Of a stretch of 64,000 nt of DNA, positions 53,950-64,000 are shown one piece after another. The notes under the pieces were generated by a model, which was given only the letters and a program-made list of their open reading frames with translations, had not been told where the DNA came from and did not search any database. The translations under genes were made by a program, and so were the position numbers. Origin of the DNA: Eledone cirrhosa (Eukaryota); assembly GCA_964016885.1 (NCBI GenBank), contig OZ024750.1, positions 35,216,001 to 35,280,000 on the forward strand, read 5' to 3'. Numbering within the stretch: position 1 is the stretch's first letter; every line of letters begins with the position of its first letter.

Positions 53950-56900
53950 CCTGTGTCAGTGTTGAACAAAAAGGTGACGTGGTTGCCTTAACACCGTATG
54001 GCATAAATTCAGGCTGTTCAGTTTGTTTACAAACGAACAAAGCGACGTTAGCGCCGCTAAACTGATACGTGCATATATGTATGTGTACCTGTATGCATAT
54101 GTATGTATATATGTATATATATATATATATGTGCATGCTACTGTACGTCTGTATACATATATGTATGTACGTATACATGCATACTTACATTTAAGTAAGT
54201 GCCATACTAAGAGTGAGAAATGAAATTTCGTTTTCATTTTGTTTCAATTTATCGTTTTCGGTATGCCTGACCGATTTAACTCACTCAATATGCAAATTAG
54301 GCTGCTCAGCCGTTAATTTTCATAAGGAAAGTATATACTTTCGAACGTTCAACTATCTGGCAGATGGGTAAACGGTGCTGATGATAGCTAACAAGCTTGA
54401 AACTAGTACATCGTTCCTGTGTCAGTGTTGAACAAAAAGGTGACGTGGTTGCCTTAACACCGTATGGCATAAATTCAGGCTGTTCAGTTTGTTTACAAAC
54501 GAACAAAGCGACGTTAGCGCCGCTAAACTGATACGTGCATATATGTATGTGTACCTGTATGCATATGTATGTATATATGTATATATATATATGTATGTGC
54601 ATGCTACTGTACGTCTGTATACATATATGTATGTACGTATACATGCATACTTACATTTAAGTAAGTGCCATACTAAGAGTGAGAAATGAAATTTCGTTTT
54701 CATTTTGTTTCAATTTATCGTTTTCGGCATGCCTGACCGATTTAACTCACTCAATATGCAAATTAGGCTGCTCAGCCGTTAATTTTCATAAGGAAAGTAT
54801 ATACTTTCGAACGTTCAACTATCTGGCAGATGGGTAAACGGTGCTGATGATAGCTAACAAGCTTGAAACTAGTACATCGTTCCTGTGTCAGTGTTGAACA
54901 AAAAGGTGACGTGGTTGCCTTAACACCGTATGGCATAAATTCAGGCTGTTCAGTTTGTTTACAAACGAACAAAGCGACGTTAGCGCCGCTAAACTGATAC
55001 GTGCATATATGTATGTGTACCTGTATGCATATGTATGTATATATGTATATATATATATATATGTGCATGCTACTGTACGTCTGTATACATATATGTATGT
55101 ACGTATACATGCATACTTACATTTAAGTAAGTGCCATACTAAGAGTGAGAAATGAAATTTCGTTTTCATTTTGTTTCAATTTATCGTTTTCGGTATGCCT
55201 GACCGATTTAACTCACTCAATATGCAAATTAGGCTGCTCAGCCGTTAATTTTCATAAGGAAAGTATATACTTTCGAACGTTCAACTATCTGGCAGATGGG
55301 TAAACGGTGCTGATGATAGCTAACAAGCTTGAAACTAGTACATCGTTCCTGTGTCAGTGTTGAACAAAAAGGTGACGTGGTTGCCTTAACACCGTATGGC
55401 ATAAATTCAGGCTGTTCAGTTTGTTTACAAACGAACAAAGCGACGTTAGCGCCGCTAAACTGATACGTGCATATATGTATGTGTACCTGTATGCATATGT
55501 ATGTATATATGTATATATATATATATATGTGCATGCTACTGTACGTCTGTATACATATATGTATGTACGTATACATGCATACTTACATTTAAGTAAGTGC
55601 CATACTAAGAGTGAGAAATGAAATTTCGTTTTCATTTTGTTTCAATTTATCGTTTTCGGTATGCCTGACCGATTTAACTCACTCAATATGCAAATTAGGC
55701 TGCTCAGCCGTTAATTTTCATAAGGAAAGTATATACTTTCGAACGTTCAACTATCTGGCAGATGGGTAAACGGTGCTGATGATAGCTAACAAGCTTGAAA
55801 CTAGTACATCGTTCCTGTGTCAGTGTTGAACAAAAAGGTGACGTGGTTGCCTTAACACCGTATGGCATAAATTCAGGCTGTTCAGTTTGTTTACAAACGA
55901 ACAAAGCGACGTTAGCGCCGCTAAACTGATACGTGCATATATGTATGTGTACCTGTATGCATATGTATGTATATATGTATATATATATATATATGTGCAT
56001 GCTACTGTACGTCTGTATACATATATGTATGTACGTATACATGCATACTTACATTTAAGTAAGTGCCATACTAAGAGTGAGAAATGAAATTTCGTTTTCA
56101 TTTTGTTTCAATTTATCGTTTTCGGTATGCCTGACCGATTTAACTCACTCAATATGCAAATTAGGCTGCTCAGCCGTTAATTTTCATAAGGAAAGTATAT
56201 ACTTTCGAACGTTCAACTATCTGGCAGATGGGTAAACGGTGCTGATGATAGCTAACAAGCTTGAAACTAGTACATCGTTCCTGTGTCAGTGTTGAACAAA
56301 AAGGTGACGTGGTTGCCTTAACACCGTATGGCATAAATTCAGGCTGTTCAGTTTGTTTACAAACGAACAAAGCGACGTTAGCGCCGCTAAACTGATACGT
56401 GCATATATGTATGTGTACCTGTATGCATATGTATGTATATATGTATATATATATATATATGTGCATGCTACTGTACGTCTGTATACATATATGTATGTAC
56501 GTATACATGCATACTTACATTTAAGTAAGTGCCATACTAAGAGTGAGAAATGAAATTTCGTTTTCATTTTGTTTCAATTTATCGTTTTCGGTATGCCTGA
56601 CCGATTTAACTCACTCAATATGCAAATTAGGCTGCTCAGCCGTTAATTTTCATAAGGAAAGTATATACTTTCGAACGTTCAACTATCTGGCAGATGGGTA
56701 AACGGTGCTGATGATAGCTAACAAGCTTGAAACTAGTACATCGTTCCTGTGTCAGTGTTGAACAAAAAGGTGACGTGGTTGCCTTAACACCGTATGGCAT
56801 AAATTCAGGCTGTTCAGTTTGTTTACAAACGAACAAAGCGACGTTAGCGCCGCTAAACTGATACGTGCATATATGTATGTGTACCTGTATGCATATGTAT

Positions 56901-59571
56901 GTATATATGTATATATATATATATATGTGCATGCTACTGTACGTCTGTATACATATATGTATGTACGTATACATGCATACTTACATTTAAGTAAGTGCCA
57001 TACTAAGAGTGAGAAATGAAATTTCGTTTTCATTTTGTTTCAATTTATCGTTTTCGGTATGCCTGACCGATTTAACTCACTCAATATGCAAATTAGGCTG
57101 CTCAGCCGTTAATTTTCATAAGGAAAGTATATACTTTCGAACGTTCAACTATCTGGCAGATGGGTAAACGGTGCTGATGATAGCTAACAAGCTTGAAACT
57201 AGTACATCGTTCCTGTGTCAGTGTTGAACAAAAAGGTGACGTGGTTGCCTTAACACCGTATGGCATAAATTCAGGCTGTTCAGTTTGTTTACAAACGAAC
57301 AAAGCGACGTTAGCGCCGCTAAACTGATACGTGCATATATGTATGTGTACCTGTATGCATATGTATGTATATATGTATATATATATATATATGTGCATGC
57401 TACTGTACGTCTGTATACATATATGTATGTACGTATACATGCATACTTACATTTAAGTAAGTGCCATACTAAGAGTGAGAAATGAAATTTCGTTTTCATT
57501 TTGTTTCAATTTATCGTTTTCGGTATGCCTGACCGATTTAACTCACTCAATATGCAAATTAGGCTGCTCAGCCGTTAATTTTCATAAGGAAAGTATATAC
57601 TTTCGAACGTTCAACTATCTGGCAGATGGGTAAACGGTGCTGATGATAGCTAACAAGCTTGAAACTAGTACATCGTTCCTGTGTCAGTGTTGAACAAAAA
57701 GGTGACGTGGTTGCCTTAACACCGTATGGCATAAATTCAGGCTGTTCAGTTTGTTTACAAACGAACAAAGCGACGTTAGCGCCGCTAAACTGATACGTGC
57801 ATATATGTATGTGTACCTGTATGCATATGTATGTATATATGTATATATATATATATATGTGCATGCTACTGTACGTCTGTATACATATATGTATGTACGT
57901 ATACATGCATACTTACATTTAAGTAAGTGCCATACTAAGAGTGAGAAATGAAATTTCGTTTTCATTTTGTTTCAATTTATCGTTTTCGGTATGCCTGACC
58001 GATTTAACTCACTCAATATGCAAATTAGGCTGCTCAGCCGTTAATTTTCATAAGGAAAGTATATACTTTCGAACGTTCAACTATCTGGCAGATGGGTAAA
58101 CGGTGCTGATGATAGCTAACAAGCTTGAAACTAGTACATCGTTCCTGTGTCAGTGTTGAACAAAAAGGTGACGTGGTTGCCTTAACACCGTATGGCATAA
58201 ATTCAGGCTGTTCAGTTTGTTTACAAACGAACAAAGCGACGTTAGCGCCGCTAAACTGATACGTGCATATATGTATGTGTACCTGTATGCATATGTATGT
58301 ATATATGTATATATATATATATATGTGCATGCTACTGTACGTCTGTATACATATATGTATGTACGTATACATGCATACTTACATTTAAGTAAGTGCCATA
58401 CTAAGAGTGAGAAATGAAATTTCGTTTTCATTTTGTTTCAATTTATCGTTTTCGGTATGCCTGACCGATTTAACTCACTCAATATGCAAATTAGGCTGCT
58501 CAGCCGTTAATTTTCATAAGGAAAGTATATACTTTCGAACGTTCAACTATCTGGCAGATGGGTAAACGGTGCTGATGATAGCTAACAAGCTTGAAACTAG
58601 TACATCGTTCCTGTGTCAGTGTTGAACAAAAAGGTGACGTGGTTGCCTTAACACCGTATGGCATAAATTCAGGCTGTTCAGTTTGTTTACAAACGAACAA
58701 AGCGACGTTAGCGCCGCTAAACTGATACGTGCATATATGTATGTGTACCTGTATGCATATGTATGTATATATGTATATATATATATATATGTGCATGCTA
58801 CTGTACGTCTGTATACATATATGTATGTACGTATACATGCATACTTACATTTAAGTAAGTGCCATACTAAGAGTGAGAAATGAAATTTCGTTTTCATTTT
58901 GTTTCAATTTATCGTTTTCGGTATGCCTGACCGATTTAACTCACTCAATATGCAAATTAGGCTGCTCAGCCGTTAATTTTCATAAGGAAAGTATATACTT
59001 TCGAACGTTCAACTATCTGGCAGATGGGTAAACGGTGCTGATGATAGCTAACAAGCTTGAAACTAGTACATCGTTCCTGTGTCAGTGTTGAACAAAAAGG
59101 TGACGTGGTTGCCTTAACACCGTATGGCATAAATTCAGGCTGTTCAGTTTGTTTACAAACGAACAAAGCGACGTTAGCGCCGCTAAACTGATACGTGCAT
59201 ATATGTATGTGTACCTGTATGCATATGTATGTATATATGTATATATATATATATATGTGCATGCTACTGTACGTCTGTATACATATATGTATGTACGTAT
59301 ACATGCATACTTACATTTAAGTAAGTGCCATACTAAGAGTGAGAAATGAAATTTCGTTTTCATTTTGTTTCAATTTATCGTTTTCGGTATGCCTGACCGA
59401 TTTAACTCACTCAATATGCAAATTAGGCTGCTCAGCCGTTAATTTTCATAAGGAAAGTATATACTTTCGAACGTTCAACTATCTGGCAGATGGGTAAACG
59501 GTGCTGATGATAGCTAACAAGCTTGAAACTAGTACATCGTTCCTGTATATATATATATATAGGTGTGTGGC

Positions 59572-59790
59572 TTGTGAAGGCATGTGGCTGAGTCGTTAGA
59601 GAATTGGATTCACAATCGTGAGGTTGTGAGTTCGATTCCTGGACCAGGCGATGTGTTAGGTCCTTGAGCAAGACACTTTATTTCACGTTGCACCTTCTAC
59701 CTGGAGTTGTGACCGATAGAACATATTGGCAATTGGAAAGACCAATGGAAACATTGTTTCCTCGGTCCGATTTGACGAAAGTCGATCGTT
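59572..59790 (+). mobile_element. tRNA-derived SINE with structured 3' tail
   Basis: tggctgagtcg...gttcgattcc; ccttgagcaagacacttta; same family as 23718-23930. Confidence 0.82.
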
Positions 59791-59814
59791 CTTATATATA
59801 TATATATATATAGA

Positions 59815-60077
59815 TAGAAGTGGTAACACAACTGTTAGTTCACCATAACGAGAACAATTTTTTCACCTTAGCGGATCTTCAGCTCATAATGGACATGGTT
59901 ATATGGAACAGGAAGGACAACCGTATAACCATGTCCATTACGAGCTGAAGATCCGCTAAGGTGAAACAATTGTTCTCATTATGGTGAACTAACTGTTGTG
60001 TTACCACTTCTATCTAACTCGTCCCATGGACTGAGTGCTCTACCACTGCGGATATTATCTTCCAGTGTTCTACCTCT
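59815..60077. mobile_element. Foldback element with two divergent hammerheads (59850-59885 minus, 59942-59977 plus)
   Basis: gag-CTGAAGA-tcc-gctaa-ggt-GAAA-caattg-TT-ctc; arms about 59815-59908 / 59927-60012. Confidence 0.8.
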
Positions 60078-60089
60078 ATATATATATAA

Positions 60090-60535
60090 TCATCATCATC
60101 ATCATCATCAACGTTTAACGTCCGTGTTCCACGCTTGCATGGGTTTGGACGGGGGTAGTCCCACTTGAGGCAAGAGTGATTGTCTTGCTCGCATAGGACT
60201 GTCTGGCAGGTTTTCTACAGTTGGATGCCCTTCCTAACACCAACCACATTTACAGTCTGGGTCTGGGAGGTTTTTACCGTGTTGCCTACACGGCCACATT
60301 ACAGCGTGGACTGTGTGTTTTTTTGTCGTGACACCTACACGATCTCATTTGTTTCGGCCTGGATGGTGTGGCACCAACATAACTTTACATAGGAGGGGGT
60401 GGTGTGGATGGGGTGGGGGTGTATTTTGTTAGAGATGCCTACTGGCTGTAGTAGATTTTACTATGTATTTAGGTAAGGCAAGTCTTCTCTATTACTGAGT
60501 ACCGCCAAAGGTCTCGGTCCAGTGACATTGTCTTG
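60090..60535 (-). mobile_element. RTE-related 3' end (3' UTR and (GAT)n tail)
   Basis: Similar to 14545-14890 and 22490-22887. Confidence 0.7.
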
Positions 60536-61071
60536 GAGAGGTGTAAGTGTGTGTATATATATAAATGGAGAGGTGTAAGTGTGTTATATATATAAATATA
60601 AATTAGCGAGAATCGTATTTCGGCTTAGGAATTAACGAAAAACAACTTCCGAGATGTGTGGCAAGTGCTCGATGATTCAGATGAACCAGAGCTACAACAT
60701 ACGTTAAAGGCCAAACACACTGAGACGATGGTTAAACAAACATCCGCACAGCCAAATAAACGACCAAGTAATTCGGGTCAAACATATATATGTGATTGAA
60801 AATTTACCCGGACCCCTGGATGGTTGGTAAAATCCATATATATAAATCAGGATCTAATCAGTTTGAAACTGATTAGATCATTACTCAACAGAGTACTTGA
60901 TACTTGGGTAGTAGAGTATAGTTATATTATACAGAGTCAGGACCCAGGGCCAAACGGCTGAACTCTTTCTGTTTCAACAGCTAGAAACAGTCTGAACTAG
61001 CTGTTAAAACTGCAAGAACTCAGCCGTCGGGTCCAAAATCTTTATAATAAATATATATATATATATATATA

Positions 61072-61488
61072 CACACTGTGTAATGGTCATGTAGGTGTCA
61101 TGACAAAAAGTACCTAGTCCACATTGTAAAGTGGTTGTGTTGGAGACACAACAAAAAGCACCCACTCCACACTGTATAATGGTCATGTAGGTGTCACGAC
61201 AAAAAGTACTTGGTCCACACTGTAAAGTGGTTGTGCTGGAGACACAACAAAAAGCACCCACTCCACACTGTGTAATGGTCATGTAGGTGTCATGACAAAA
61301 AGCATCCAGTCCACACTGTAAATGTGGTTGGCATTAAGAAGGGCATCCAGCCGTAGAAAAGCAGCCAGAAAGACCAGAAAGAGTCCTAAATAAGCGAGAC
61401 ATGGTCACCCGACAATGGGACAAACCCATCTAACCCATCTTTAGCGTGGAAGACTGACATTAAATGATGATGATGATGATGATGATGT
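61072..61488 (+). mobile_element. Retroposon 3' region with tandem ~49-bp units and (GAT)n tail
   Basis: Alternating ccacactgtaaagtgg units, aagggcatccagc, gatgatgat. Confidence 0.75.
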
Positions 61489-62641
61489 CATGTTTAATAT
61501 AGAAATGGCTTCTACGGGACTAAAACTGTTTTATTAAAAATAAATCATGAGGGAAGCTTATTATTATCACTATTTGTACAAATATGCAACTTAACAATAT
61601 TCTGCATATCTGCAATTGACAATGCATATAATGCTGAAACTGGTATTGTAAATAAATTAATTGTTTCTACTATTGGCACAAGGCCAGCAAATTACCCAGT
61701 ACATTACTGGTACTTTAAATAAGTATTGTAAATAAATTAATGTTTTGATATTTCACTGAAAGAATCTCTTCAACATTTTCTACTGAAAAAATCTGTTTCC
61801 TTTCTACTATTTGTTTTTATATATATCAACTCGTGTGTAACTTTTCTACATTCAATAAAACTTTGAATGTACTACGCAAGTTGCTTCACAATTTTCACTT
61901 AATATTCTACCCATGGATTCTTGACGGCTTAATATGTTCATCCTATTACACCTATATTTTGTGATATCTTCGCCAGATTATGCTATATTTGCTTAATACC
62001 TTTGCTTTCTTTACCATATTAATCTGCTATATATGCTTAATACCTCTGCATTCTTAATGACTATATGCCTATGTACCACTAATATCCTCCTTTGCAAGTA
62101 ACCTTTTTTTATAATTCTTTTATGATCTTCGTTATACACATTACTACAAGGAAATCATCAGGAAAGCCAACTGTCAATGTGATATGGTGATATTTATACA
62201 CCTTCTGGTGGTAGGGTAAGGTGGTGATTGGAATGGGTGTAGGTCATTGGTTGGTGGATTTAAAGATTGGGGATTCTTTGAAAAAACTATATTTAGAGAA
62301 AAGTACAACTGATACAGAACAATACAAATGCAGGCACTCCTAATATTCAAGGTTTATTTATTCTAAGCAAACAAAGGGTTTTCATTAAGTGGCTGTATTA
62401 AAGGACTGTGAAGTCTGCTCTATTAAAGGATGGTGAAGTCTGCAAATGTGTGTACAATCACACACACACACACACACTTTATTTTCTACTTCATGTTTTA
62501 CTTTTTTCCCACTAACTCCCCCCCTTACTCCCTCTCAGAGTTCCTCCCCCGCCTCCTGATAACTTATTACCTTTTGTAACTTGTACTCTTGCGTTGTTGT
62601 TGTTGTTTTTTACTTTATATATATATTATATATATATATAA

Positions 62642-62688
<47 letters not shown>

Positions 62689-62814
62689 AAAAAAGATGAA
62701 ATCGAAAATGCAACTGGAGTCTTTTTTTTTTAATATATTTATTTGGTTCCTTTACCAGTTTTGCAGTTCTTGTGCTTTTCAAAAGTAGAATTGAGATGGA
62801 GGGTTTGTGGTTTT

Positions 62815-62853
<39 letters not shown>

Positions 62854-62921
62854 TATACATATACATACATACACACATACATACACACATACATACATAC
62901 ACACATATATATATATATTTT

Positions 62922-62975
62922 GCTGTTAAGTTAGACATGGCCTGGGCCAATACTGGCCAAAATCTATCAAAGTAA
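62922..62975 (+). mobile_element. Very short 3' remnant of the CR1-like LINE
   Basis: ttaagttagacatggcctgggccaatactggccaaaa is the reverse complement of 49024-49060. Confidence 0.7.
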
Positions 62976-63049
62976 ATAGGGGTGAGTTTCGTAATGAAAT
63001 ATATATCAGTATTGAGTGATCCAAGTTTCAGTTTAACATTGGCTCAAGC

Positions 63050-63478
63050 TTGTGAGACATGGGCAGCAACTGCGGAGGATATGCGATGGCTGGAGAGAAA
63101 TGAAGCAAGCATACTCCGTTGGATATGCAATGTCAATGTTCATGAATGACCAAGCATAGATGAGTTGAGAGAAAAACTGGGTATAAGAGGGATAAGTTGC
63201 GGTGTGCAGGAGAGGAGACTGCGATGGTATGGACATGTGATGCCCATAGAGGATGACCGTTTGGTAAAGAAGTGCCAAGAAATCCCAGTAGAAGGAAGAC
63301 ACAGTAGAGGAAGACCACGAAAAACATCGGCGGAGGTGGTGAGAGCAGACCTCAGATTACTGAAGCTCACGGAGGAGATGACGAAGGACCGTGACAAGTG
63401 GAGAGATGCTGTGCTGAATAGGACCCGTCCTACCCTTGCAAGCAGGGAAAAGCAGACGTAAAACGAGGTTGATGATGA
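63050..63478 (+). mobile_element. RTE LINE 3' fragment (same family as 1307-3163)
   Basis: RRLRWYGHV...RGRPRKT; (GAT)n tail. Confidence 0.9.
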
Positions 63479-63647
63479 TATATATAATCAAGAAACAAGG
63501 CACTATTGCATACCAGGATTTCATACTTCTGAATTTCTTAACTGTTAATAGGTTATTTATATATTTTAGTTCAATAGAAATAATATATTGGAAACATAGA
63601 AACATAGGGAGCTACATAAACGATATCTCGAGCTAACAGTAATCCTG

Positions 63648-63742
63648 AAGAAGAAGAAGAAGAAGAAGAAGAAGAAGAAGAAGAAGAAGAAGAAGAAGAA
63701 GAAGAAGAAGAAGAAGAAGAAGAAGAAGATAAAGAAGAAGAA
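63648..63742. repeat. (GAA)n microsatellite
   Basis: Visible directly. Confidence 0.97.
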
Positions 63743-64000
63743 GTGGTGGTAGCAAGGGTTTAAGCAATGAATATTATATTATTTTTCTATAAATAAATGG
63801 AGAGGAAAATATATCAGTCAATAATGGATGTGTTCATTTACATAATTTGTATTTTTTGGATGGCAGCAAAGGGGAAATATAAAAGCTTTATTGGAATATA
63901 GCATTGCATTTCTGATTCATGAATCATATAGTCTGCCTTTCCATATGGCAAAATAATCTGATTGTTGCCAACAGAGCATTTACTGGACTTCTTCCAGCCA

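Larger units (their letters stand above)
51843..59546. mobile_element. 466-bp tandem array with one type I hammerhead ribozyme per unit (non-LTR retrozyme / ribozyme satellite)
   Basis: Period 466 (the ORF track repeats every 466 bp); HHR aacggtg-CTGATGA-tagc-taacaa-gctt-GAAA-cta-GTA-catcgtt at 52145-52189(-), 52709-52753(+), 53312-53356(-) and 13 copies from 53905 to 59541(+). Confidence 0.93.

Noticed and set aside
51857-59363. Repeated 112-, 93- and 66-aa ORFs in the 466-bp array
   Set aside because: They are rich in Y/I/H/T because they cross TA/TACA microsatellite. The solo copy has indels that change them and the sister family does not conserve them. The conserved features are RNA structure and promoter-like motifs.
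51843-59546. CRISPR-like array
   Set aside because: Units are identical along their whole length with no unique spacers, there are no cas genes, and the context is eukaryotic.

Overview
AT-rich, repeat-dense eukaryotic (animal) DNA. The SINE/RTE repertoire and long (TA)n tracts suggest a mollusc, probably an octopod cephalopod (inference). I found no convincing host protein-coding gene. The window is a patchwork of decayed or truncated retroelements (RTE, CR1-like, R4/Dong-like, Tx1/L1-like, Penelope-like), tRNA-derived SINEs, a hAT-like non-autonomous element, a 5S rRNA pseudogene, and mini- and microsatellites. The main result is a hammerhead-ribozyme (HHR) system. A near-homogeneous 466-bp tandem array (51843-59546) carries 16 type I HHRs. 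A solo copy lies at 33.5 kb and a diverged sister family at 42.3-43.3 kb shows compensatory base changes in the ribozyme stems. Both families keep an octamer plus PSE/TATA-like block just upstream of the ribozyme, i.e. a retrozyme or newt-satellite-2-like element. Nearby is a Penelope-like RT/GIY-YIG element with 1.9-kb inverted arms that carry their own HHRs. Several further small HHR-bearing, often foldback, insertions sit in (TA)n tracts. All structures were read by eye; none has been folded computationally or searched against databases.
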